Source: a virus. From it: 64,000 nucleotides of DNA. Location of the stretch: IMG/VR virus record IMGVR_UViG_3300028274_000006, positions 10,773 through 74,772 of that record, one strand, 5' to 3'. Below, in pieces: positions 1 to 9,568 of this stretch. Made by a program: the position numbers and the translations under genes. The notes beneath the pieces were generated by a model, which was not told the origin of the DNA, searched no databases, and saw only the letters and a program-made list of their open reading frames with translations. How positions within the stretch are numbered: position 1 is the first letter of the stretch; each line of letters starts with the position of its first letter.

Positions 1-43
1 AGTTGCTTTGTTGCTCGTAGCTTACAACGGTTAAAGGAGACTT

Positions 44-829
44 ATGTCTAAACCAAAAACCGACGCAGCCTCCAGTGAAGTTAAGGGTGGGAGTGCGGAA
101 TTATCCAACAACCCCGAATTACTAAAACTGGAACAAGCAGTGAAAGCTGAGGCTGGTACGGCTAAATCACCTGAAACTTCTTCCGAAGAGAAGGAGGTTC
201 TTGAAGCCCCAGAACACGGACAAGCATTTCAAGAGCTTTCAGAGAAGAAAGGCTTTAAAAGCGTTGATGAACTCGTAAGGGCTTATCAAACAACCGAAGG
301 ATATTCTACTCAACTGTCGCAAGAGATGAAGGAACTTCGTGAAGAGATAAAGCAGTCAAATGCTCCTCAGTCTGAAGATCCATACGGCGACTTACCGCAA
401 GAGCAGAAACAAGCTCTAGACCTTTTGCGTAACGTCGTAAATGAAGAGATACAAAAAAGTATCTCACCAATTAAGGAAGATTTTGAAGTCAAGAAGGCAT
501 CCGAACAGCTTAACGCTATTCGCGATTCTTTTAAAGGCGTTTCTGACGCTGATCTTGATGCTGCAATCTCTCGTAAAGAGAGCATTCCGGGTTTATCCCT
601 GGAAGAAGCAGTTAAAATCGTAACTTATGAGGCTGCTCGTAGTGACGGAACTACTCAAAGGAAGAGAGCTGCAAAGACAAAACAGAAGAATAGAGCTTAT
701 GTTGAGTCTGGTAAAACGTCTAAAACAGGCGGAGATATTGATTACTCTAAACTCTCATTGGAAGAACTAGAGTCAATACTCCCCAAAGCTGGTCAATTTA
801 TTGATCACAAGGGCATTTTACAAAAGTAA
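44..829 (+). CDS. Capsid scaffolding protein
   Basis: Acidic and helical, directly before the major capsid gene, AAGGAG RBS, paralog of 34328-35113. Confidence 0.75.
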   Translation: MSKPKTDAASSEVKGGSAELSNNPELLKLEQAVKAEAGTAKSPETSSEEKEVLEAPEHGQAFQELSEKKGFKSVDELVRAYQTTEGYSTQLSQEMKELREEIKQSNAPQSEDPYGDLPQEQKQALDLLRNVVNEEIQKSISPIKEDFEVKKASEQLNAIRDSFKGVSDADLDAAISRKESIPGLSLEEAVKIVTYEAARSDGTTQRKRAAKTKQKNRAYVESGKTSKTGGDIDYSKLSLEELESILPKAGQFIDHKGILQK

Positions 830-850
830 TAATTATTAGGAGAAACAACA

Positions 851-1771
851 ATGGCATTAACAACCACTGGTACCCTCTCCTCAGTTGTCAAGTCTTACTA
901 TGACCGACGCTTTCTTATGAGAGCCGAAGCAGAGTTTGTCTACAAACAACTTGGACGCATTGGTGTCGTTCCAGCTAACGAAGGTAAAACTGTCGTTTGG
1001 AACCGATATACCAATCCAAGTGCTAAGACTTCAGCACTGACAGAAGGTACAGACCCAACGCCAAGCGGATTGAGCGCATCATTAGTATCCGCAACCATTA
1101 GCCAATACGGCAACTTTGAACAAGTTACCGATATTTTGAGCTTAACTGCAATTGATAATTCAATTTCATCCGCAGTTGAACTCTTGGCTTATGAAGCAGC
1201 CTTGAGCATTGACACTGTCATTCGTGACATTGCCGCCGCAACCACAAGCATTATCTACGCCTCTGGCGTTGCAAATAGAACTTCTATTTCAGCCACAGAC
1301 GTTATGCAAGTTGCAGATGTTCGTAAGACTGTTCGTGAGCTGAAAAGCAACAATGCTAAACCTCAGATGAAGAGCGGCACATTTATGGCCGTCATTCACC
1401 CTGATGTTGAGTATGACTTGCAAGGTGACAGTAACTGGGTAAACGCATCCATCTATACCGAACAGGGTATTGGACAAGTTTACAACGGTGAAGTCGGTAA
1501 ACTATATGGTGTTCGTTTCTTGAACACCACTCAAGCTCCTATCTTAGTGAACTCCGGTTCCTCTGATGGCGTAGAGGTTTATCAATCACTTTTCTTCGGC
1601 GAAGAAGCATTTGGAGTTTCCGAACTTCAAAACCTAACCACTTATGTGGATAGTCCTTCTCCAAGAAGTGCTCTACGAATGTACAGTGACGTTGGTTGGA
1701 AGGCTGGCTTTACCGCCAAAATTCTCAACGACAACTTCATGTATAGTGTTGAGTCTGCTGCTACACAATAA
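851..1771 (+). CDS. Major capsid protein, N4-gp56 family-like
   Basis: EGTDP, QYG, IHPDVEYDL and GEVGKLYGVRF motifs typical of this family; followed by a terminator. Confidence 0.9.
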   Translation: MALTTTGTLSSVVKSYYDRRFLMRAEAEFVYKQLGRIGVVPANEGKTVVWNRYTNPSAKTSALTEGTDPTPSGLSASLVSATISQYGNFEQVTDILSLTAIDNSISSAVELLAYEAALSIDTVIRDIAAATTSIIYASGVANRTSISATDVMQVADVRKTVRELKSNNAKPQMKSGTFMAVIHPDVEYDLQGDSNWVNASIYTEQGIGQVYNGEVGKLYGVRFLNTTQAPILVNSGSSDGVEVYQSLFFGEEAFGVSELQNLTTYVDSPSPRSALRMYSDVGWKAGFTAKILNDNFMYSVESAATQ

Positions 1772-1792
1772 AATTTGTAGTATCATCCAATT

Positions 1793-1814
1793 AGGCTCCT
1801 TCGGGAGCCTTTTT
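1793..1814 (+). terminator. Rho-independent terminator after the capsid gene
   Basis: aggctcc-TTCG-ggagcct plus T-run, identical at 36079-36100. Confidence 0.9.
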
Positions 1815-1819
1815 GGTTG

Positions 1820-1828
1820 TGCTATAAT
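1820..1828 (+). promoter_or_regulatory. Extended -10 promoter for the GroES/glycosyltransferase operon
   Basis: TGCTATAAT, conserved at 36107-36115. Confidence 0.7.
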
Positions 1829-1849
1829 AATTTTGAAAGGAACAGACAC

Positions 1850-2128
1850 ATGATTATCCCAACAAATGAGAACGTGCTTGTTAAAGGTATTAAGCGTGAG
1901 AAGATTAAAACCGACTCAGGCATTTACCTGTCAGGAGGCACAAGCCAACAGGAGGAATCCTTGAGGTATGGAGAGATATTTCACCCAGGAGCTACCGAGT
2001 ATTCTAAAGGAGATAAGATCTTCTACAGTGCTTATAGTGCTGTATGGGTAAACGATGAAGCTGGTACCGAGTATCAATTACTAAGCCAACTAGATATAAT
2101 GGCAAAAGATGAACCCAAGAAGGCTTGA
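1850..2128 (+). CDS. groES: Co-chaperonin GroES (Cpn10)-like protein
   Basis: P-x3-VLVK...KTDSGIYL mobile loop, G-E-I, KGDKIFY, DIMA pattern; start moved to the RBS-preceded ATG. Confidence 0.8.
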   Translation: MIIPTNENVLVKGIKREKIKTDSGIYLSGGTSQQEESLRYGEIFHPGATEYSKGDKIFYSAYSAVWVNDEAGTEYQLLSQLDIMAKDEPKKA

Positions 2129-2405
2129 AACACTACTGAAGCAAGCTAATCCTCGTTTTAGAGTCAGACAGCGTGGACTCAATCACATTGGAGGGATATT
2201 CTTAGGATCGTCATTCATAGCCACCTTCACAAAGGGACACATCCCACTAAATTCATATAGGTTAGTTTTCAAGAAGAAAGACACTCTAGGAGAGAAGATT
2301 ATCAAACGTGGTCGTGGTGACTTACTACAGATCTTAGTTCGTCGTGGTATTTTGAAGAGGCTAGACTCAATAAGAATTAAATGGGGGATTGATGCCAAAG
2401 ATTAG
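2109..2405 (+). CDS. Basic hypothetical protein
   Basis: Paralog of 36405-36701 sharing TKGHIPLNSYR and IIKRGR. Confidence 0.75.
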   Translation: MNPRRLETLLKQANPRFRVRQRGLNHIGGIFLGSSFIATFTKGHIPLNSYRLVFKKKDTLGEKIIKRGRGDLLQILVRRGILKRLDSIRIKWGIDAKD

Positions 2406-3801
2406 CTGTATTATATCAACCTATAACAGAGCAGATCATTTTTTACCAAAGGCAATAGACTCAGTTTTGTCTCAGACGTTTAAAGACTGGGAATTGGTCA
2501 TTGTAGACGACTCAAGCACCGATGATACCAAAAAAGTAGTAAACTCCTATCAAGACGACCGCATTAGATACCTCAAAACCGGCTCTAATTCTGGTAGTGA
2601 TACCAAGCCTAAGAACTTGGGCACCAAAGAATCCAAAGGTGAATATATTTGCTACTTAGATGACGACGTGCAGTACCGTGAACATGCTTTTGAGATTCTA
2701 GTAGCGGAATTAGATGGAAACAAAGACTTGGACATTGTTTATGGAGATATGTGGATTAAACCTCGTGAAGAGGCTGGGATAGCATTTGACTTTGATGTAC
2801 AGTTTCTCATGCTTAGAAACTACATAGACACTTCAGCGGCCATGATGAGACGTGAGGCTATGTTTGAGATTGGTGGCTGGGATGAGAAGCTACCCAAGTT
2901 TGTAGATTGGAATGTATGGGTGAGGATGGCTAAGGCTGGATTAAAGTTTAAGAGGATTGAGGAGTTTACATTTGATTACTATTTACATGAAGACGCTAAG
3001 TCACAGAAAGTTAAAACAGATATGTATATGCATCCTAAGCTGGGGATGCTGTTTGTACCCACGTTTAGTCCTAGTGGATGTGAAATACGGCTGCCTTATT
3101 TAAGCAACGACGACTCCGTTTTTAAGGTGGCCATATTTACTATTCACTACAACCGATTGGATTACTCTAAGGATACTTATAGGGAGATGATGCTGACAGC
3201 AGGCTATGAGTTTGACTGGTTCTGTAGAGACAATGGAGATGATGGAACACTAGATTGGTTGATTAAAGACACCAACGCAATCATTGACCGCAAGGATGTT
3301 GGGAAGAACTTAGGTATTACCAAGTCCAGCAACAACCTTATAGAGCTTATTAAGGACACTGGAGAGTATGACATTATCATAAAAGTGGATAACGACGTTG
3401 AGTTCCAGACGTATGGATGGTTAAAAGATATTGTGGATATGTGGAAAAGAAACCACATGGCCTATATCTCACCTTATGTTGAAGGACTCTTTCACAACCC
3501 AGGCGGTGCTAGAAGGATAGGGTTTGGAATGATTGGCGATGAGTTTATTGAAGTTACCAACCACATAGGAGGAATCTTTGCCGCTATAGACGCTAAGGCT
3601 TATGACAGCTTTAGATGGGAAGACCAGATGTTACATGGCAATCAGGATGCAGAAGCTAGCATGGCTTTTAGGAAAATGGGATATATGCCCTGCTATTACC
3701 CCAAGCATAGAATCACTCACAGAGACGGCACTGAAGGACAACAACAGAAATACAAGAAATACTTTGAGAGAAGGAAAGAAGAAAAGACCACAAAGGCATG
3801 A
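2392..3801 (+). CDS. GT2 glycosyltransferase, two GT-A domains
   Basis: IISTYNR, VDDSSTD, YLDDD, then a second domain with KVDNDV. Confidence 0.9.
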   Translation: MPKISCIISTYNRADHFLPKAIDSVLSQTFKDWELVIVDDSSTDDTKKVVNSYQDDRIRYLKTGSNSGSDTKPKNLGTKESKGEYICYLDDDVQYREHAFEILVAELDGNKDLDIVYGDMWIKPREEAGIAFDFDVQFLMLRNYIDTSAAMMRREAMFEIGGWDEKLPKFVDWNVWVRMAKAGLKFKRIEEFTFDYYLHEDAKSQKVKTDMYMHPKLGMLFVPTFSPSGCEIRLPYLSNDDSVFKVAIFTIHYNRLDYSKDTYREMMLTAGYEFDWFCRDNGDDGTLDWLIKDTNAIIDRKDVGKNLGITKSSNNLIELIKDTGEYDIIIKVDNDVEFQTYGWLKDIVDMWKRNHMAYISPYVEGLFHNPGGARRIGFGMIGDEFIEVTNHIGGIFAAIDAKAYDSFRWEDQMLHGNQDAEASMAFRKMGYMPCYYPKHRITHRDGTEGQQQKYKKYFERRKEEKTTKA

Positions 3802-4655
3802 AACAATACCCTTATGTTTTTCCCTACTTTGGCTATGATGAGACATCAGCGGGCAATGTATTGATTCATAAGTTTTGTCACTTAATTAACGAGCTTGGTG
3901 GTAAAGCCTACATGGCTACCGACATTACTCATCCAGATCTAAACACTCCTAAAATAAACAACATACAAGGCGTAGACGATAAGTGCATTGTTGTCTCTCC
4001 TGAGAACATCAATCATTTAACCTATGGCGGTGATTACATAGTTAAGTACATCCAGGCTGACTATGAGAAGATTGGTAGGGGCAAAGTTGATTTGGCTGGA
4101 GTAGATGATGTGTGGTGCTTTGCAAAGACATTGTTTCCTAAGCATTGGGGTGGAGAAGTTAAGGTTTGTCATTTTAATACCGTTGATCTTAGTTTGTTTA
4201 ATGAAGACGAGAAGTTTGAGAGAAAGGGCAACATTTGTTACGTCGGTAGAATGGGCGGTAAGGTTGATACATCAATTCTAAAAGACATGAAAGACCTAAC
4301 TGCAATTACCCATGATTTCCCAAAAGACAGAAAAGACCTTATTAAACTCATGCGTAGTAGTGAGTGGTGTTATATATTCTCCAATACTTCAATAGGCAGT
4401 GAAGCCATTATGTGTGGCTGCCCAGTGGTTATGCATGAGAATTTCTCAATGGCTTATGCCTTTGACGAGTATGGTGAAGACGGGAAGTTGTACGGTATGG
4501 CTATAGGTAACTCACTAGAGCAAATGGAGTGGGCTAAGAAAACAGTTAAGAAGTTTCAGGAGAAGGTTTACTGGCATGAAAGCCAAAAGGAGAAAAGAGT
4601 ACTGGCCTTCATGGAAGATACTCAAAAAGGATTACATGAAAAACTACTCGGTTGA
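3798..4655 (+). CDS. Putative GT-B fold glycosyltransferase-like protein
   Basis: YVGR and EAIMCGCPVV GT-B-like C-terminal motif; inside the GT cluster. Confidence 0.55.
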   Translation: MKQYPYVFPYFGYDETSAGNVLIHKFCHLINELGGKAYMATDITHPDLNTPKINNIQGVDDKCIVVSPENINHLTYGGDYIVKYIQADYEKIGRGKVDLAGVDDVWCFAKTLFPKHWGGEVKVCHFNTVDLSLFNEDEKFERKGNICYVGRMGGKVDTSILKDMKDLTAITHDFPKDRKDLIKLMRSSEWCYIFSNTSIGSEAIMCGCPVVMHENFSMAYAFDEYGEDGKLYGMAIGNSLEQMEWAKKTVKKFQEKVYWHESQKEKRVLAFMEDTQKGLHEKLLG

Positions 4656-5334
4656 AGTTCTGGTGATGGCTCACTATGCTCAGAGAAGCGAGAACATGCT
4701 GAAGCTAATTAATGCTTTGAAGAACCAGACTTACAAACACATGTATATCACTGTCTTTGATGATGGAGAGATTGACCTAGATGTAGAAGGTGTGAACTAT
4801 ATTAGAACGACTGACATGTACCACATTACGGCTAGGAACAGCTTGGCTGCCATGAGTGCTGCTGACTATGTTCTTACAATAGACGATGACATGATTCCAG
4901 GTACAAGATATGTAGAGAATCTTATTAAGTATGCTCGGAATCTACCTGGTTCTATCATTGGTGTTGAGGGAGGCAGATTAGTTCCTGGAGACACCCCATA
5001 TACCTCTGGAATGACAGAGAGTACTCATATAATGGTAGAGGTTGATTATCTGATTAGAAGCATGCTACTCCCTCATAAGGTTATTGGGGCTTCTGTAGAT
5101 ATGCACTGCCGCAATAGAGAAAAGATTGGCTCTGAGTTTATAGATGATCTGCTGTTTAGCTTGGCAAACAAATATATGTTGAAGAACACCAACTTTATTG
5201 TTCCAGCAAAGGGCGACTTTGGATATGATAATATATCTGATATGGGGGTGGGTCAATCTAAAAGCTCACAACACTACCTTACTAGAGATATGTTTTGTAA
5301 GTATATAATGGAGGAATATGCAAATATCAGTTAA
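4636..5334 (+). CDS. GT-A fold glycosyltransferase
   Basis: LKNQT, FDDG, ARN and LTIDDD motifs. Confidence 0.75.
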   Translation: MKNYSVEVLVMAHYAQRSENMLKLINALKNQTYKHMYITVFDDGEIDLDVEGVNYIRTTDMYHITARNSLAAMSAADYVLTIDDDMIPGTRYVENLIKYARNLPGSIIGVEGGRLVPGDTPYTSGMTESTHIMVEVDYLIRSMLLPHKVIGASVDMHCRNREKIGSEFIDDLLFSLANKYMLKNTNFIVPAKGDFGYDNISDMGVGQSKSSQHYLTRDMFCKYIMEEYANIS

Positions 5335-5908
5335 TTATGACGACTTCAGTCCATTAAATCACAGGTTTGATATCTTAGATCAAATCAGAGAGAGATACCC
5401 AGACTTCAAAGTTACTATGTTTACCGTTCCTTGGGAGATAAGACTATCTCCGAATACAAAGGGTACTCCTATCACAAATAGCGACTACAAGCCCTGGGTT
5501 CACAGGGTTATGGAGGCAGTAGACAATGGGTGGATGGAGATATCAATTCATGGATTAACACACGCACCTAGAGAGTTTGAAAAACTAACACATACTGAAG
5601 CTAGGAATCGTGTGCTTACAGGACAGAAGATGTTTGCAAATGTAGGTCTTGAGATCAATAATTTGTTTAAAGCACCCCAGTGGCTACTTAACGATGACGC
5701 TAAGAAGGCAATAGAGGACTTAGGATTTAAAGTAATGGAAGACGGTTACTATAACTGGAACTTAAAAGATGAAATGCCTCTTGAGAAGAATCTAATAGCA
5801 CATGGTCATGTTCACGACACAATGGACAATGGTTTAGAAGAATCGTTCTTCAGACTTACTAAGGCTCCTACCGATACAGAGTGGGTGCACTTGAGGGAGA
5901 TGATATGA
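5318..5908 (+). CDS. Polysaccharide deacetylase-like protein (NodB/DUF2334-like)
   Basis: N-terminal DD, HGLTH and FKAPQW motifs. Confidence 0.75.
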   Translation: MQISVNYDDFSPLNHRFDILDQIRERYPDFKVTMFTVPWEIRLSPNTKGTPITNSDYKPWVHRVMEAVDNGWMEISIHGLTHAPREFEKLTHTEARNRVLTGQKMFANVGLEINNLFKAPQWLLNDDAKKAIEDLGFKVMEDGYYNWNLKDEMPLEKNLIAHGHVHDTMDNGLEESFFRLTKAPTDTEWVHLREMI

Positions 5909-6918
5909 AAATCGTGGCTTTCAGTAACGATACCGGCTCCGTACAGTGGAGGCTTAGGGGTCCAGCTAATTACATCAACTCTCTAACCGACCATGAGTTT
6001 GCTGTTGGTAGCCATAAGGACTGGGAAGAGGACACGATGGGTGCTGATGTAGTTGTAGCTGAGATGTGGCGTAATCCAAAAGGGATTGATGTTTGCCATG
6101 AGCAAGGAGCTAAAGTTGTTTACGATGCTGATGACATTATTATTGGCGTTGGTGGTAAAGACCGCAAAACTCTGATGGACTTAGACGAGAAGCAAACCAA
6201 GCAAACTATTGATACTATCGGCAAGTGTGATCTGGTTACAGTTACAACAGAGGTATTAGCAGAACACTATAGACAGTTTAATGACAACGTAATTGTCTTA
6301 CCAAACTACATGGATTATCTGTGGTGGGGAAAGCCCTTAGAGTCTAGGTCTAGAGGATACTTGAGGTTGGGGTGGGCTGGTAGCTTATCTCACCGAGAAG
6401 ACTTAATGATGATTGCTCCAGTGATAGAAAAGATCTGTAAGGACTATGATTTTGTTAAGTTTGTTTATTGTGGTGCAGGAGGCAAGAAGGGAATCTATGG
6501 GGAAGAGATCTTCAACAGCATTCCTTCTAACCAGAGGGAGTATGTTACCGGTGTCCCCTTAGAATACTGGCCAATCAAATCTAAGACACTAGGTTTAGAT
6601 ATAGCTATAGCCCCACTGTTAGATGATGAGTTTAATTCTTGCAAGAGTTCAATTAAATATTATGAGTATGCGGCCAACGGAGTGCCTGGAGTTTACAGCG
6701 ACACCGTTGTATATCACGACGCTATTAAACACGGAGAAACAGGCTATTTAGCAAAGACAAAGGGAGATTGGGAGAAGTACCTAATAGAGCTGATTATGGA
6801 TGAGAAGAAGAGGCAAGAGATAGCAGTTAATGCTTATAAACACGTCTTTGAGAACTATAATTTAGATGACCACTATGAGAAGTGGGTGAAAGCCTATCAA
6901 AAATGTCTGAACCAGTAG
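5905..6918 (+). CDS. GT4 (GT-B) glycosyltransferase
   Basis: VYDADD, GWAGSLSH, DIAIAPL and KYYEYAANGVP motifs. Confidence 0.9.
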   Translation: MKIVAFSNDTGSVQWRLRGPANYINSLTDHEFAVGSHKDWEEDTMGADVVVAEMWRNPKGIDVCHEQGAKVVYDADDIIIGVGGKDRKTLMDLDEKQTKQTIDTIGKCDLVTVTTEVLAEHYRQFNDNVIVLPNYMDYLWWGKPLESRSRGYLRLGWAGSLSHREDLMMIAPVIEKICKDYDFVKFVYCGAGGKKGIYGEEIFNSIPSNQREYVTGVPLEYWPIKSKTLGLDIAIAPLLDDEFNSCKSSIKYYEYAANGVPGVYSDTVVYHDAIKHGETGYLAKTKGDWEKYLIELIMDEKKRQEIAVNAYKHVFENYNLDDHYEKWVKAYQKCLNQ

Positions 6919-7493
6919 CAGTTCCCATAATACCAAGCAATGAACCGGTACCAAAAAGAGTTAGGGTTGATAGCCCATCCTCATCAGTGGTTGAGAGTCA
7001 TAGCCTAGAATCTTATAGCAGTACCTACAATAAGCCCTATCCTATGGACTACTTTGGTTTAAGCGACACAGATGGTTCATCTAGTAATGTTGAATCTATC
7101 ACCAAGCATTTAAGCGAGATGACTGATGGATCTATAGAGATGGTTAAGGGTGTTCTTGATGAAATAGGCAGTAAGTTAAATCTACAAGAAAATGACTCTG
7201 GAATCTTTAAGCTAAACAAGATCCTAGCGTTCTTAGGTATCAAGAGTATTCAAAACAAAGAATCAGAGATGAGTGAACAGGCCCTAAGGGATATCCAAAA
7301 GGATGTTGAGATTGCAAAGGAAGAACTAAGCATCGCTGAGAAAGCCGCCAAGATTGAACTTGAGGCAGAGAAGAGAAAGATCAAAGCAGAAAGCAATAGG
7401 AATGAACAATTAAAGAAACAAATAGCTAAAGGTCAAGACAAATTGAAAAGAATGAGGGCTAAAGTACTTGCAGATATTAAGGGAATAGTATAA
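6903..7493 (+). CDS. Hypothetical coiled-coil protein
   Basis: Distant paralog of 46615-47154. Confidence 0.7.
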   Translation: MSEPVAVPIIPSNEPVPKRVRVDSPSSSVVESHSLESYSSTYNKPYPMDYFGLSDTDGSSSNVESITKHLSEMTDGSIEMVKGVLDEIGSKLNLQENDSGIFKLNKILAFLGIKSIQNKESEMSEQALRDIQKDVEIAKEELSIAEKAAKIELEAEKRKIKAESNRNEQLKKQIAKGQDKLKRMRAKVLADIKGIV

Positions 7494-7526
7494 TATTATT
7501 CTGACGGAGCGGTCCTAGGACTGCTT
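7468..7526 (+). promoter_or_regulatory. Promoter and RBS-masking hairpin for the tail operon
   Basis: TTGCAG-N17-TAATAT followed by agcggtc-ctag-gactgct; conserved at 47129-47187. Confidence 0.6.
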
Positions 7527-8669
7527 ATGGCATATTCACCAGCTTCCAGCACATTTCCCACAGCTAAAACTACATTCGTTGATCCTACAGCTACAAGTAG
7601 TCAAAATACGTTTGACCACGCAGGACTTGAATCAGCACAGAACGATGGTATTGAAAAACTTGAAACAGCGGTGGGTATTACCGCAAGTGCTGACACAGCA
7701 TCTTTAAACTATAAACTTACCAACGCCTCACAAAGCAATCCAGGACACAAGCATACCGTAGCTGACGGAGCTACCGATGTTACCTCTAGTGCCGCGGAAC
7801 TCAACCAATTAGACGGAGTAACTGTTGGAGGAACTTCAAGCGGAGACATTGTTGATTTAGATACAGCACAAACCCTAGCCACTAAAACCCTAACAAGTCC
7901 TGTATTAAACGGGACTCTTTCTGGTACGGCCTTCTTAGATCAAGATGCAATGGATGATGACAGCGCTATTGCAGTAGCTAGCCAACAATCAATTAAGGCT
8001 TATGTTGACGCCAGTGCTGGTGGATCTACAACTGGTTGGACTTCAGATAGTGATACCTGGGTATATGCTTCGGCACAGACTTTTACAATTGCAGGTAAAG
8101 ACGTAACCACAACTTTTACTAAAGGGACACGGCTCATTTGGACACAAACAACTGTTAAATATGGAGTGGTGGTAGCAAGCTCATTCTCAACTGACACAAC
8201 GGTTACAATAATGACCAACACCGATTACACGATTGCAAATGCTGCTATTACAGTAAATTCATACTCATATCAACAGAATCCACAAGGTTATCCAACTTGG
8301 TTTGATATTGCCGCTCCAACATGGACTGGACTAGACGATGGGGCTGGTGGACAGCCAAGTGTGTCAGTGTGTAGAGGAATGGTTAATGGGAATACTTTTG
8401 ATGCTCATATTCATCTCGCCCCGACTAAAGCTGGCACAAGTAATACTTTCTATCTAGAAACAAGTGATACTGTTTTTCCAGTATGGGTTAATAGGGCTGA
8501 TAGATCTGGTCTGGGCTTTGTTTATTCTCAAACATCTGGAGATAGTAATAATTTAATGACTGCATTTTCAATCGGAACAAAGATATATACCGGATATGCA
8601 ATCCAGTCCAGTATTACTGACAATACAGCATGGACTCATATGACTTATAACTTGAAGTGGGAAATCTAA
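7527..8669 (+). CDS. Tail fibre/spike-like virion protein
   Basis: T/S/A/G-rich with QTLATKTLTSP and [11 protein letters not shown] fibre motifs; N-terminus shared with 47188. Confidence 0.7.
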   Translation: MAYSPASSTFPTAKTTFVDPTATSSQNTFDHAGLESAQNDGIEKLETAVGITASADTASLNYKLTNASQSNPGHKHTVADGATDVTSSAAELNQLDGVTVGGTSSGDIVDLDTAQTLATKTLTSPVLNGTLSGTAFLDQDAMDDDSAIAVASQQSIKAYVDASAGGSTTGWTSDSDTWVYASAQTFTIAGKDVTTTFTKGTRLIWTQTTVKYGVVVASSFSTDTTVTIMTNTDYTIANAAITVNSYSYQQNPQGYPTWFDIAAPTWTGLDDGAGGQPSVSVCRGMVNGNTFDAHIHLAPTKAGTSNTFYLETSDTVFPVWVNRADRSGLGFVYSQTSGDSNNLMTAFSIGTKIYTGYAIQSSITDNTAWTHMTYNLKWEI

Positions 8670-8849
8670 ATGACAACATGGACCGACTCTACAAGCGTAT
8701 CTACTAGCTGGACAGAACAAGATTTTGAGGACAGATCAATAATTGCCTTCAATCAAGAAGGGATTACTTTTAACTTTAACATCACTTTTAATGGAATTAC
8801 CAGTTATCAAGATGCAAGCTCAGTAACAACAGATTGGACTGACGCATAG
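8670..8849 (+). CDS. Small virion-associated protein (59 aa, not in ORF track)
   Basis: MTTWTD...WTDA, homologous to 48970-49173. Confidence 0.7.
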   Translation: MTTWTDSTSVSTSWTEQDFEDRSIIAFNQEGITFNFNITFNGITSYQDASSVTTDWTDA

Positions 8850-8856
8850 GAGAATT

Positions 8857-9567
8857 ATGACATTAGACGAACTACTAACAGATTTAAATAACAGAATCGG
8901 CTCTACACCAGAGGTGAGTAATGCCAATATGACCACCTGGATTAATGAAGGCTTGAGAGCTTTTTGTAGAGAGCATGACTTTACTTGGTTGGAGAAGAAG
9001 GCGACCGCATCTTCAGTAGCTAGTCAGGCTGAATATGACTTACCAGATGATTATAGGAGAGCTGTTGAATTAAGGGTGGACGGAACAACATCATCACCAA
9101 ATGTTTATTCATGGGTTCCTCACGAGCAGCGTGTCTTATATGACACAAGCCAAAGGATATTCTCAGAGTTTGGGGGGTCTTTTGCACTTAACCCAATTCC
9201 CTCAGCGGTTGGGACAAACAACATTGAGCTTTGGTATCTTCGTAGGCCAACCAATATGACTGTTGGGACACAGAGCCCCTCAGATGCAGCAATAGCATCA
9301 ATGCCAGCAGAATATCACGAGGCTTTAGTTATCTATGCGTTTGCCATCTACAACTCTTATGACGAAGAGCATGATGAGAAGCGTGAATTAATGGGCAATC
9401 CTAGAAATCCCGTACCTGGAACTTATTACTATTATGTAAACTTAGCAATTAAAGATGATACACGCCAAAAAAGAGGTGGAAGACGTAAGTTTATGAGCTT
9501 CCAGGAGTTTGTTGGACACTCACACCCAAACCAAACACCGAGATCTAATACAGTACTAGGAAATTGA
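8857..9567 (+). CDS. Head-tail adaptor protein (podovirus type)
   Basis: WINEG, EYDLPDD and YHEALV pattern; sits before the nozzle gene; paralog of 49182. Confidence 0.65.
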   Translation: MTLDELLTDLNNRIGSTPEVSNANMTTWINEGLRAFCREHDFTWLEKKATASSVASQAEYDLPDDYRRAVELRVDGTTSSPNVYSWVPHEQRVLYDTSQRIFSEFGGSFALNPIPSAVGTNNIELWYLRRPTNMTVGTQSPSDAAIASMPAEYHEALVIYAFAIYNSYDEEHDEKRELMGNPRNPVPGTYYYYVNLAIKDDTRQKRGGRRKFMSFQEFVGHSHPNQTPRSNTVLGN

Positions 9568-9568
9568 T

